A stretch of DNA of 64,000 nt from an uncultured bacterium (GTDB lineage: Bacteria; Patescibacteriota; Patescibacteriia; Patescibacteriales; UBA12465). Both the position numbers and the translations under genes were made by a program. Positions 50,759 through 60,131 of this stretch are shown piece by piece. A model generated the notes under the pieces. That model ran no database searches, was not told the DNA's origin, and saw only the letters and a program-made list of their open reading frames with translations. The stretch spans positions 26,278-90,277 of the forward strand of contig CALKWQ010000022.1 in the NCBI GenBank assembly GCA_938003925.1. The letters are read 5' to 3'. The stretch's first letter is position 1. Every line of letters begins with the position of its first letter.

Positions 50759-52858
50759 TTATTCATTAATTAACGTGGTGGAATAATCGCGAAAATACCA
50801 AGCTAATATTTCTCGAGCGATAGGCACAGCCACTTCGCTACCCTCGCGTCCTTCTTCCACCAACACCGTAATCGTTATTTCTGGTTGTTCATAGGGAGCA
50901 AAACCGGTAAACCAGGCGTGATTAGCTTTCTTGCTGGACCACTGAGCCGTGCCAGTTTTACCGGCTGCCGCCACTGGCAAAACACTCAAACTGCGCGCAC
51001 TCCCAGCGGTGACTGTTTGACGCATGCCTTCGCGCACTACCTGTAAATTATAGCCGTCGATAAAGCCTTGTCGGATAATTTTAGGTTCAATGGAGCGAAT
51101 CACTTGATTATCTTCACTGAGCAAAGCCTTTACCAAAGTCGGCTGATATAAACGCCCACCGTTAGCTACAGCGGCTGTAAAATTAGCCACCTGCAGCGGA
51201 GTGGTAATAATATCTCCTTGTCCGATAGAGATGTGATAGGTGTCGCCAATATACCAAGCCTCGTTTTTAGTTTTCTCCTTCCAGTCCTGGCTGGGCACAA
51301 AACCAGCCGATTCTCCGTTAAGATCAATGCCTGTCTTTTCGCCCAAACCAAAGAGACGCATATATTTAACCAAACGATCAACCCCAAGCCCGGTAAAATC
51401 CTGGTAACCACCGCCCACATAGTAGAAAAAAGTGTTAACCGATTCAGCTAAAGCTTTACGCACATCCGTGGTGCCATGACCACCAGCCTTCCAGTCAGGG
51501 AAAAACCACTGGCCGATACGCAGGCCGCCGTTACTGAGAAAACTGGTATTTTCTGACACCACTTTCTCTTGCAAAGCTGCCGCCGCCACTACCGGTTTAA
51601 TGGTAGAGCCGGATGGCACTTCACCGCTAATTGCTCGATTAAACAAAGGATTGTTTTCGTCAGCCAAAAATTTGTCATAATCTTCTTGGCTAATACCACC
51701 AGCAAACTGATTATTATCATAAGCTGGTAAACTTACTAGCGCTAAAATCTGACCATTATTGGGATTCATAATAATGACTGAAGCTCTTGCTGTTTTTGTC
51801 TTATCCAGCCAAGATTTAGTGACCACCTCTGCCTGGCGCTGCAAATCAAGATCAAGTGATAATTGTAGATTATATCCAGCCGTAGGAGCGACCTCACTAA
51901 CAACCTTCTTTCGGCGTCCTAAAGCGTCTACTTCAATATTTTTACGACCATTAATACCTTTTAATTCCTTTTCCCAATAATATTCCAGACCTGTTTTACC
52001 AACATAATCAATTAATGAATACTGCCCACCTAAACGCTTAAGAGCCTCTTCGGTAATTTTACCAGTATAGCCAAGTACGTGAGCTAAACTAGATAAATCT
52101 GGCAAACTGCCGTCGTTATTACTGGCAGTAAACGGATACTCGCGTCTTATCTTGGTATCTATAATCACCCCAGGCAGACTATCCCGCTCTAAAATTAAAC
52201 GCAAAGCCTGGTCATAAGGGATATTGTCGGTAATAAAAATTGGTTGATAAGCCTCCAAAGAACGGGGTCTAACCTTGGCCAAAGCGTCCTGCATCAGCTG
52301 GAAAGAAGGGCCATCAGAAACTAAATTAAACGATGAGTCAGCGGCAACAACCTGAGTTTCGCTTAAATCATCGATTACGTGACTAAGATAACGCAATAAT
52401 TTATCACGCTCTAAATCATCTTTGGGTAAATCTATTGGACGCAGAGACAAAACAAAGTTAGCTTTGTTTCTTACTAACGGGCGGTTCTGATTATCATAAA
52501 TAATTCCCCTTTTTGGCTCAATGTTTTCAATACGTAGACGGTTGCCTTCGGCCAAGCCAGCATAATGAGCACCCTTAGCTACCTGTAACCAGGCGGTTCT
52601 ACCAGCTAATACAAGCAAAAAAAATAAAACAAACAATTTAATGGGTAAAAGTTTTTTAACATTAAAAGTTCTGCCTACAACCTCCTTGTCTTTGCTATCC
52701 GAAAGAAAAGAGTGTTCCGTCCAATCGGTGTAATAAGCTGAATCTTTTAATTGACCAAATTTAAAATCGCCTTCTTTAATCACAAAAGGATCATGGTTAC
52801 CTGACTTAGATGAGGAAAATTCCCCCAAAAAAAAGCGTTTTTTCTTGGTATTGGTCAT
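50759..52858 (-). CDS. class B penicillin-binding protein (PBP2/FtsI-type D,D-transpeptidase)
   Basis: 699 aa. SxxK (GSTIKP), SxN (ESVNTF) and KTG (GKTGTA) motifs. The cytoplasmic N-terminal extension before the TM anchor is unusually long, about 70 aa. Confidence 0.9.
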   Translation of the reverse strand: MTNTKKKRFFLGEFSSSKSGNHDPFVIKEGDFKFGQLKDSAYYTDWTEHSFLSDSKDKEVVGRTFNVKKLLPIKLFVLFFLLVLAGRTAWLQVAKGAHYAGLAEGNRLRIENIEPKRGIIYDNQNRPLVRNKANFVLSLRPIDLPKDDLERDKLLRYLSHVIDDLSETQVVAADSSFNLVSDGPSFQLMQDALAKVRPRSLEAYQPIFITDNIPYDQALRLILERDSLPGVIIDTKIRREYPFTASNNDGSLPDLSSLAHVLGYTGKITEEALKRLGGQYSLIDYVGKTGLEYYWEKELKGINGRKNIEVDALGRRKKVVSEVAPTAGYNLQLSLDLDLQRQAEVVTKSWLDKTKTARASVIIMNPNNGQILALVSLPAYDNNQFAGGISQEDYDKFLADENNPLFNRAISGEVPSGSTIKPVVAAAALQEKVVSENTSFLSNGGLRIGQWFFPDWKAGGHGTTDVRKALAESVNTFFYYVGGGYQDFTGLGVDRLVKYMRLFGLGEKTGIDLNGESAGFVPSQDWKEKTKNEAWYIGDTYHISIGQGDIITTPLQVANFTAAVANGGRLYQPTLVKALLSEDNQVIRSIEPKIIRQGFIDGYNLQVVREGMRQTVTAGSARSLSVLPVAAAGKTGTAQWSSKKANHAWFTGFAPYEQPEITITVLVEEGREGSEVAVPIAREILAWYFRDYSTTLINE

Positions 52859-52963
52859 AATTAGATATTATAATTTTAGCTGGATTCCCACAGAAAGGCA
52901 AACCAGCTAAAGTGTTATCAAAATGTTATTGACGCCATGTTATAATGGATGTGGTAAAATATA

Positions 52964-53641
52964 ATGACCCATATGCGCATTCTTATCATTGAAGATGAAA
53001 TAGATTTAGCTAAACTATTAGCCAGTATCATGAAAAGAGACGGCCACATTACCGATATAGCCAATGACGGCGAACGTGGCTCTTTTTTAGCCAGAACCAA
53101 TCATTATGATTTAGTAATTACTGACTATGTGCTGCCTAAATTAGACGGTTACAATGTTATCAAAGAAATTCGTGCCGATGGACGCAGCGTCCCCATCCTC
53201 ATGCTTAGTATTCGCCAAAGTTTAAATGATAAAGTAGACGTCTTAGACGCTGGTGCTGACGATTATTTACCTAAGCCCTTTGCTAGCGAAGAGCTGCTAG
53301 CCCGCGTCAGGGCGCTCTTACGTCGTCCTAACCAAGCTGCTATTGGCCCTCTAAATTTTCACGACCTACGCTTAGAACCGGACACTTTCCGAGTCCATCG
53401 CGGCAAGAGAGAAATTAAGCTGACAAATAAAGAGTTCGCCCTACTCCAACACCTCATGACCAACGCGGAAAAAATCATCTCTCGCGACAGCCTACTGGAA
53501 CATGTCTGGGATGGCGAGACGGATCCTTTCTCCAACACAGTGGAGACACATATTCTCAGGTTACGCCGTAAAATAGATAACCAAGGAAAAAAATTAATCC
53601 ACAATATTGCTGGCAGAGGCTATCGTTTAAGTTGTCGTTAA
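52964..53641 (+). CDS. OmpR/PhoB-family response regulator
   Basis: 225 aa. Receiver RILIIEDE...DLVITDYVLPKLDG and a winged-helix output LTNKEFALLQHLM...VETHILRLRRKID. The start may be the ATG at 52973. Confidence 0.9.
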   Translation: MTHMRILIIEDEIDLAKLLASIMKRDGHITDIANDGERGSFLARTNHYDLVITDYVLPKLDGYNVIKEIRADGRSVPILMLSIRQSLNDKVDVLDAGADDYLPKPFASEELLARVRALLRRPNQAAIGPLNFHDLRLEPDTFRVHRGKREIKLTNKEFALLQHLMTNAEKIISRDSLLEHVWDGETDPFSNTVETHILRLRRKIDNQGKKLIHNIAGRGYRLSCR

Positions 53642-53837
53642 AGTTTAGTTACGCTCGGTTTAAACTATTAGTGCTATGTTTAAAGTAGTAGCGGGCGCAA
53701 AGTCGCCTGAGGTCGGGCTGCTAAAATATATTTTTTATTAAAATATTCATTACTTATGAACAAACAAGAGGAAGCAGAGGTAGAAATTTCTGCAGAAGAT
53801 AATAATCCGGGCACTCCCTGGCGTAGTTAAAACGGCT

Positions 53838-53873
53838 AACGCTTTCTCTCTTAATTGAGAGAAGGCGTTTTTT
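53838..53873 (+). terminator. strong rho-independent terminator-like hairpin 6 nt upstream of the kinase start codon
   Basis: AACGCTTTCTCTC-ttaatt-GAGAGAAGGCGTT (13 bp, one G-U), followed by a T-run to 53873. The kinase ATG is at 53880. Confidence 0.7.
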
Positions 53874-53879
53874 AAATAT

Positions 53880-55271
53880 ATGTCTTGGAAAAAAATAAAA
53901 GAACAACTGCTAGCCAATCAAGCCAGCGACACGAGACAATTAGCTGCTCGTAAATTACAAGCAGTTACCACAATATCAATAATCGTAATGTTGGCACTCA
54001 ATACAATCCGTATCTATGATTTTGTAATTAATCCTCACAATCAAGGACTTCCTCTTTACGCCACAATTATACTGCTCTTATTCTTACTAGGCATCTGGCA
54101 GCTAGGCAGATTGGGAAAGACAACGCTTAGCGCTTGGCTTATAATTACCACCTACACTCTGCCGACAATGTTTTGTTTCTATCAATGGGGAGCAGACTTG
54201 CCTGCAGCTATTTTGATGACCGTGTTAATCATGATGCTGGCAGGCATATTTTTAGGTTTAAAATCCGCTCTGGTTGTAGCCATCGTATTTGCCATTAGCA
54301 TGATTACCTTCTCTTATCTACAGATTAATCAAATAATTGCCTTTGACTCTAGCTGGCGCCAACAAAGCCATCAACTAGCGGATGCCCTGGCTTATATATT
54401 AATTATTGGCATTATTTTTCTGCTTGCCGCAATCATCGTCCGAGAAAATAAAAATGCACTGGCTAAAGCAGATCAAGCCGCCCAAGATTTACAGCAAGAA
54501 AGAGACCAACTAGAAATAAAAGTGATGGAACGCAGCCGTGCTATTATTGCTATGCGCCGAGAAAAACTGGAACAATTACAAACTCTCGCTAGTATTGGCC
54601 AGCTGTCTGGTGGAATTTTCCATGATATCATTAATCCCCTCACTGTGGTCAGCCTTAATCTTGAGCAATTAAAAATTGCCGAGTGCCCAGATTTAAGCAC
54701 ATCACGCAACTATCTACACCAAGCTTTAAAAGCTACCCGCCGTATTAACGATTTAGTAGCCAGCGTTAATTCCTGTCTGCGTCGACAAAGCCAAAAACAA
54801 GATTTTTACGTTAAAAAAGAAATCATACATATTAAACAAATGCTAGAAAACAAGACAAGAATTAAAAATATTAATATCAATATAAATTGTCGAGAAGACA
54901 TTAAAATTAAGGGCTGCACCAGCCGTTTCGGCCAAGTCATTATGAACCTTTTAACTAATGCCATAGATGCTTGTGCCCAAAGCGAACATAATCACAAAAC
55001 TGTTAGCATTAACTGTCAAAAAGATTATATCTCCCAACGACTAATAATTAATGTACAAGATAACGGCGTGGGCATTGCCGCTGAGAACTTGAATAAAATC
55101 TGTGCACCATTTTTCAGCACTAAAAAAGATAACGGTCAAAATATTGGATTGGGGCTGAGCGTGGTTAAGGAAATTATAGAATCAGATTTTAACGGTCAGT
55201 TAAGCGTCAGCAGTATTCTGGGACAAGGCAGCATCTTTACCATCAGCCTGCCCTTAACCATATGCAATTAG
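53880..55271 (+). CDS. sensor histidine kinase with six-TM membrane-embedded input region
   Basis: 463 aa. Six hydrophobic helices with no large loop, H-box GGIFHDIINPL, N-box NLLTNAIDA, and G-boxes DNGVGI and GLGLSVV. Confidence 0.85.
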   Translation: MSWKKIKEQLLANQASDTRQLAARKLQAVTTISIIVMLALNTIRIYDFVINPHNQGLPLYATIILLLFLLGIWQLGRLGKTTLSAWLIITTYTLPTMFCFYQWGADLPAAILMTVLIMMLAGIFLGLKSALVVAIVFAISMITFSYLQINQIIAFDSSWRQQSHQLADALAYILIIGIIFLLAAIIVRENKNALAKADQAAQDLQQERDQLEIKVMERSRAIIAMRREKLEQLQTLASIGQLSGGIFHDIINPLTVVSLNLEQLKIAECPDLSTSRNYLHQALKATRRINDLVASVNSCLRRQSQKQDFYVKKEIIHIKQMLENKTRIKNINININCREDIKIKGCTSRFGQVIMNLLTNAIDACAQSEHNHKTVSINCQKDYISQRLIINVQDNGVGIAAENLNKICAPFFSTKKDNGQNIGLGLSVVKEIIESDFNGQLSVSSILGQGSIFTISLPLTICN

Positions 55272-56128
55272 AACAACGGGAGATATATAAATTGGCTAGC
55301 CTAGCGGTCACACAATGGCCCCCATCCTTACTAAAAGACTTACGCCCTCACTGGCAACAAACACTAAAAGATGACAAAAATGGCTTTATCTCCCTGCTGC
55401 CAACAAAAATATTATCTCCCGCCCAAATTAATATTACTAACAAAAAATATAGTCGGCGACTGGGAGCAGCTAATCTCTACTTATGGACAGCTGCTAATTT
55501 GCAAGATGACTTGAGTGACGAAGAAAACACACCTAAAGAGTATTTGCCACTAGCTAACGCTTGTCTTCGCACTGCCTGGCATTTAAGTTTAACTAAGACT
55601 GTTAGCTCTGCAACTAGGTTGTCTTGGGAAAAATTGATGTTATCCGTCGATCAGGCTAATTGGCAAGAAAGTAAGTACCCCAAAAAGACAAGCATCAATA
55701 AGATTGGCGCTGCCAATAAATCCTCATTTCTATTAGCTAGCATTGTGCTGTTAATCGCTCGTCTTGATTGGAGTAAAACTGAACAAGGCTTATTAATCAA
55801 GGCTTTTAAATACTTATTGGCTGCCAAGCAGTGGGCTGATGACGTTTATGACTATTGTGACGACTGGTTAGCTGGCAAACGTAATTATGCTCATCTGGGT
55901 CTCACCAAATTACCAACTACCCAAGAGCTACCAGCCTACTACCAGAAACAAGCCCATATTATTTTAAACCTCTGTAGGCAAAGTCGCCAAACCCTCAAAA
56001 AAATCCCAGTTCTTAAAAACCAGGATTGTTTTGATGACTATTTAAAACCGTTAGAAGCTAATTGTTATCGGGCGCTGGCCAATTTAAAACTCCCGGCTGT
56101 TCTAACTGATAAGTATCCCAAAAAGTAG
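55262..56128 (+). CDS. hypothetical protein with polyprenyl-synthase-like Asp-rich motifs
   Basis: 288 aa. Overlaps the kinase stop by 10 nt. ANLQDDLSDEE (first DDxxD), NKSSFLLA (KT-like), and KQWADDVYDYCDDWLAGKRN, which resembles the second Asp-rich motif FQxxDDxxDxxxDxxxxGK. Confidence 0.35.
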   Translation: MQLEQREIYKLASLAVTQWPPSLLKDLRPHWQQTLKDDKNGFISLLPTKILSPAQINITNKKYSRRLGAANLYLWTAANLQDDLSDEENTPKEYLPLANACLRTAWHLSLTKTVSSATRLSWEKLMLSVDQANWQESKYPKKTSINKIGAANKSSFLLASIVLLIARLDWSKTEQGLLIKAFKYLLAAKQWADDVYDYCDDWLAGKRNYAHLGLTKLPTTQELPAYYQKQAHIILNLCRQSRQTLKKIPVLKNQDCFDDYLKPLEANCYRALANLKLPAVLTDKYPKK

Positions 56129-57179
56129 CCACTGGCTCATCATCCGGCCAGAGCTGCGCTTGCCCATAGTCCTTAATAACAACGGGTATGAGTTCTGCTT
56201 GACCAGACAAATCTGATTGAAAAACTAAACGCGCCAACAAACCTTGACTAGTGGCCCCAGACCACATTTGATCGAAAACTAAATTACCCAGAGAATAAAA
56301 GATGGGCTTGCCTTGATAAATCTCCCATGACTGCGGCCAATGAGGGTGATGACCGACGACAACGTCAGCACCGGCAGTAATAGCGGCCCGAGCAAAGGCC
56401 TTTTGTTCCACTCCCGGCTGAGCAACATATTCTGTGCCGGCGTGCATCAAAATAATTACTAAATCTGCTTGCTGACGCCAACGAATAATATCAGCCACTA
56501 GCTTGTCTGTATCCATAGTAGCGATACCTGGGCGCTGATCCGTAGCCACACTATTATCATTCGGATAAGCATAGGCCAAAAAGGCGATTTTCCAGCCATC
56601 TCGTTCTATCAGATAACCCTGACGTGCAGTTTCCTCATCTCGACCGGCCCCGACAGTGGCTATACCATGGTCAGACAGCAAAGAGATGGTGTCCCCTAAG
56701 CCTTGCCGCCCCATATTCAACATGTGATTATTAGCTAAAGAAACTATATCGGTACCGGCAAGTAATAAGCCGTCTATTGCCTGGGGGTTGGCCTTGAACG
56801 AAAAAGAGCCCGTAGGCACGCGATAGTCGGCCTCTTTTAAAAAAGGTGATTCCAAATTAAAAATAGTGACATCAGCCACGGAAGTAGTGGAGGCAATCTC
56901 TCTAAAAGGCCAGGCATAGTCTTGATAAGTAGACATCTTAGCGTTAACTGTGCGCGATAACATGACATCGCCACCGAAAATTAAAACTAATGGCTTCTTA
57001 GTAGATGCCCTTAACTCTATAGTAGGAGAGCTAGAAACCGCGGATTGATTAACCGTTAGAGACACGAAGGACCATTCCCCTTCATCAACAGACCACCAGA
57101 TAAATAGCGAGCATACTAAAACCAAGACCACCGCAACCAAACCATAAATACGGGACCGTTTTAAATTACGCCAAGACAT
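56058..57179 (-). CDS. CapA/PGA_cap family metallophosphatase-like protein
   Basis: 373 aa. TM anchor, FGGDVMLSR, SLANNHMLN and VVGHHPHWPQ. Confidence 0.8.
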   Translation of the reverse strand: MSWRNLKRSRIYGLVAVVLVLVCSLFIWWSVDEGEWSFVSLTVNQSAVSSSPTIELRASTKKPLVLIFGGDVMLSRTVNAKMSTYQDYAWPFREIASTTSVADVTIFNLESPFLKEADYRVPTGSFSFKANPQAIDGLLLAGTDIVSLANNHMLNMGRQGLGDTISLLSDHGIATVGAGRDEETARQGYLIERDGWKIAFLAYAYPNDNSVATDQRPGIATMDTDKLVADIIRWRQQADLVIILMHAGTEYVAQPGVEQKAFARAAITAGADVVVGHHPHWPQSWEIYQGKPIFYSLGNLVFDQMWSGATSQGLLARLVFQSDLSGQAELIPVVIKDYGQAQLWPDDEPVATFWDTYQLEQPGVLNWPAPDNN

Positions 57180-57220
57180 ATATATAAATAGATGTTATAA
57201 TATAAGAAAATTTATACAAT

Positions 57221-57697
57221 ATGACTAAATCCTTCCGGGCTGGACTAGGCTTTGGCCTAACTTCAGCCGTTATAACTACACTGGGTCTAATGATTGGACT
57301 TAATGCCTCCACCGGTTCTAAACTCGCTGTAATCGGCGGCATCTTGACCATCGCTATCGCCGACTCTTTTTCTGATGCTTTGGGAGTACACGTGTCCAAG
57401 GAAACTGAGCCCAATGCTGTTGCGCGTGAAGTTTGGGAAGCCACTGGTTTTACCTTTTTATTCAAATTTTTATTTGCGCTCACTTTCATTATCCCCATAC
57501 TTCTTCTACCACTCTCTACCGCTATCGTGGTTAGTATTATTTGGGGATTAAGCATCTTAAGCGTGCTTAGCTATAAATTAGCCCAGAGTCAAGGACAAAG
57601 CCGCTGGGAAAGCCTAGGGGAGCATTTAGGGGTAGCAATTGCGGTCCTTATTATCACTAACACCTTAGGACATATCATTGCTAACAATTTTCACTAA
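57221..57697 (+). CDS. VIT1/CCC1-like membrane protein (short form), putative
   Basis: 158 aa. GLTSAVITTLGLMIGL and AIADSFSDALGVHVS resemble the VIT-family helices. Confidence 0.4.
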   Translation: MTKSFRAGLGFGLTSAVITTLGLMIGLNASTGSKLAVIGGILTIAIADSFSDALGVHVSKETEPNAVAREVWEATGFTFLFKFLFALTFIIPILLLPLSTAIVVSIIWGLSILSVLSYKLAQSQGQSRWESLGEHLGVAIAVLIITNTLGHIIANNFH

Positions 57698-57722
57698 AAA
57701 GACTCAGTTCTAATAACAAACA

Positions 57723-57746
57723 ACAGGTCCTTGTGGCCTGTTTTTT
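57723..57746. terminator. hairpin plus T-run between convergent genes
   Basis: ACAGG(T)CC-ttgt-GGCCTGT followed by TTTTTT. It abuts the stop of the minus-strand U32 gene. Confidence 0.55.
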
Positions 57747-58995
57747 ATAAACGACGACGCAAGACGCTATGCATGGGCCAATCTTGGTCGGAAAGTAGTA
57801 AAATTTGGCGATCCCCACCGCCGCCGTGAGCCTCCGTTAATTCCTCACCAGTCAGAGCATCACGCATAGATGTAATAACTAACTGACCAACACGATAAGC
57901 TGGTGCAACTATTTCCACCTTTTCGCCAGCAAGGATTGTATTATGAACTTTAATTTTCAGTTCATAACCAACACCGATCTTACGAGAAGCAATAACCTGT
58001 CCACAAAATTCCCAAGCTGAGGCTGGAAAATTACCTTCGTAATTCTGCATCACCTGTTTCTCGGGAAACATAAAGCCCTCAGTATAGCCTCGTTGATTTA
58101 ATTTTTCACTCAATTCATTTTTTAAAAACGCTAACTCTTTTTTAATTGTCCTAGCTGAAGCCTGAGAACAACATAGGTCAATAGCACGGCGATAGGCTCC
58201 AACAACATTAGCTAAATAATAAACACTCTTAGCCCTACCCTCAATCTTTAAAGCATCGACGCCGGTAGCAATAATTTCGGGCAGGCGCTCAATTAAACAC
58301 AAATCCTTGGAATTGAGTAAATAGGTGCCATGTCCATCCTCACCGATTAATAATGATTTATCATGACCAGACGGTTTAATCTCATACTCCCAGCGACAAG
58401 GCTGGGAACAATCACCTAAATTAGCGCTGCGACCCATAAAATAATCAGACAAAAAACAACGACCAGAATAAGAACTACACAGAGCTCCGTGCACAAAGAC
58501 TTCAATTTCTGTTTTACCTACTCCTTTCTTAATCTCCGCAATCTCATTTAAAGATAATTCCCGAGACAAAATTAAACGCTTTAAACCTTGCTTAGCCCAA
58601 AAACTAGCGGCCGCACAATTAGTGCAATTAGCTTGAGTGCTTAAGCTCAGCGGTGCTTGAGGCCAAACTGAACGTACGATTGATAAAACACCAGGATCAG
58701 CGACAAATAAAGCATCCGGATTCAGGGTCTTTAATTTTTGCACATGACGCTCCAACTTAGACAGGTGCTGATTATGGGCAAAAATATTAAGAGTAACGTA
58801 GGCGCGTTTTTTCAAGGCATGCGCATAAACAATCCCTCGTTTAATATCCGCTAGAGAAAAATCATTAACCCTTACCCGCAAAGAGAAATCAGGCACTCCA
58901 AAATAAACAGCATCAGCGCCATGAGCTAGGGCGGTTTTTAGTTTTTCTAAATTACCAGCTGGAGCTAATAATTCTGGTTTTTTTATCTTAACCAT
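57745..58995 (-). CDS. peptidase U32 family protein
   Basis: 416 aa. PELLAPAGNLEKLKTALAHGADAVYFG and a conserved Cys-rich core. Confidence 0.85.
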   Translation of the reverse strand: MVKIKKPELLAPAGNLEKLKTALAHGADAVYFGVPDFSLRVRVNDFSLADIKRGIVYAHALKKRAYVTLNIFAHNQHLSKLERHVQKLKTLNPDALFVADPGVLSIVRSVWPQAPLSLSTQANCTNCAAASFWAKQGLKRLILSRELSLNEIAEIKKGVGKTEIEVFVHGALCSSYSGRCFLSDYFMGRSANLGDCSQPCRWEYEIKPSGHDKSLLIGEDGHGTYLLNSKDLCLIERLPEIIATGVDALKIEGRAKSVYYLANVVGAYRRAIDLCCSQASARTIKKELAFLKNELSEKLNQRGYTEGFMFPEKQVMQNYEGNFPASAWEFCGQVIASRKIGVGYELKIKVHNTILAGEKVEIVAPAYRVGQLVITSMRDALTGEELTEAHGGGGDRQILLLSDQDWPMHSVLRRRL

Positions 58996-59013
58996 AAAAA
59001 TAAAAACTTAGTA

Positions 59014-59787
59014 TTATCTACGAACACGTGGCCACCAAGGAATAAAGACACTAGTTTGATAACGATAAGCGGGAAACTCTGGATGAGCTTGCATCTTTTT
59101 CTCTAATAAGGGGATGCCTGAAACTTTTAAAATTAAAATGGTAATGGTAAGTGGCCCAATCAATCCCAGCCAACCACCAGAGACACTTAAAGCCAATAAT
59201 CCTATGCCCCACCATTGCAACACTTCACCAAAATAATTAGGATGACGGCTATAGCGCCATAGGCCGCTTGTAAGTAGGTGGCCTTTATTATTTTTATCCT
59301 TTATAAAACGAGACAGCTGGGCGTCACCAATAACCTCAAAACTAAAACCCAGCAGCCAAATGCCAACAGCTAAATAATCTAGCCAACCCAGATTACCCCC
59401 CGGTTTCTGGTTAATCAATAATAACGGCAAGGCAATGAGAAATAATAGCGCTCCTTGCAATAGATAAACCTGTAAATATGAACGCACATAAAACCAGTCA
59501 CCCCAAGCTTGGCGCCATTCTAGATAACGATAGTCCTCGGCTTTACCCCGATTACGCTGATAAATATGCACAGCTAAACGTAGGCCCCAAATGCTTACTA
59601 AAACACTGCTTAACCAAGGACGGACGCCAGTAGCATCGGCTAGAAAAAAAGAAATCCAGGTTAACAGAATAAAACCAAGACCCCAGGCAGTGTCGGCAAC
59701 ATCATTTCTTTGTTTGATATAAGACCAAACAAACCAAGCGCTCATATAAAGCCAAAGACAAGAAATTAGTAATAGATAGTAATTCAT
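59014..59787 (-). CDS. DUF1295 / steroid-5-alpha-reductase-like membrane protein
   Basis: 257 aa, polytopic. C-terminal signature LWRYSRHPNYFGEVLQWWG. Confidence 0.75.
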   Translation of the reverse strand: MNYYLLLISCLWLYMSAWFVWSYIKQRNDVADTAWGLGFILLTWISFFLADATGVRPWLSSVLVSIWGLRLAVHIYQRNRGKAEDYRYLEWRQAWGDWFYVRSYLQVYLLQGALLFLIALPLLLINQKPGGNLGWLDYLAVGIWLLGFSFEVIGDAQLSRFIKDKNNKGHLLTSGLWRYSRHPNYFGEVLQWWGIGLLALSVSGGWLGLIGPLTITILILKVSGIPLLEKKMQAHPEFPAYRYQTSVFIPWWPRVRR

Positions 59788-60131
59788 AAACCAATTTTAA
59801 GAGCTAATAAATAAGTCAAAACTGACACGCTAGCTGCTAAGACTGCTCCCCATAATAAATCAACCAGGGTAACCACTAGCGGCCAGTTTTTTAGGGTCGC
59901 GAGATTAGTCAAATCATAAGTGGCATAAGTAATCAGGCCAAATAAGGCTCCTAAGCTGAGAGCATATAACCAAGAACCCTTAGCCAACGCGGGGGTAACT
60001 ACAAAAATAATTAAACCAGCAATAAACAGCAGATAAAAAATGATCGCCGCCAACCAATTTACATCCGGTCTCATTAAAAAACCTAGATGTTTAGCGTAAA
60101 AACCTTTAGCTACCAAGCCCAGCCAAACCAT
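59784..60131 (-). CDS. DUF2177-like small membrane protein; upstream hydrophobic N-terminal segment cut off by an in-frame TAA
   Basis: 115 aa from the ATG at 60131, overlapping the DUF1295 start by 4 nt. In the same frame, the ATG at 60182 encodes MNFKLYFLALPIFF, then TAA (60138-60140), then IDMVWLGL... Confidence 0.55.
   Translation of the reverse strand: MVWLGLVAKGFYAKHLGFLMRPDVNWLAAIIFYLLFIAGLIIFVVTPALAKGSWLYALSLGALFGLITYATYDLTNLATLKNWPLVVTLVDLLWGAVLAASVSVLTYLLALKIGL

Noticed and set aside
52876-52910. 8 bp perfect inverted repeat TTAGCTGG-N19-CCAGCTAA between the divergent PBP and response-regulator genes, considered as a regulator binding site or terminator.
   Set aside because: It has no adjacent T-run, so it is not a terminator. 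OmpR-family regulators usually bind direct repeats. A single 8 bp inverted repeat with a 19 nt spacer is within chance expectation. This is left unresolved and not claimed.
53756-53830. 24-codon acidic ORF between the response regulator and the kinase, considered as a stand-alone protein-coding gene.
   Set aside because: It has no Shine-Dalgarno and is very short and compositionally biased. I kept it only as a possible leader-peptide element within the attenuator finding.
57166-57555. 129 aa minus-strand ORF overlapping the CapA-like start and antisense to the VIT-like gene.
   Set aside because: It is antisense to an ORF with a membrane-protein hydrophobicity pattern and family-like motifs. 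It has no motif of its own and would overlap the 5' end of the upstream gene by 14 nt.
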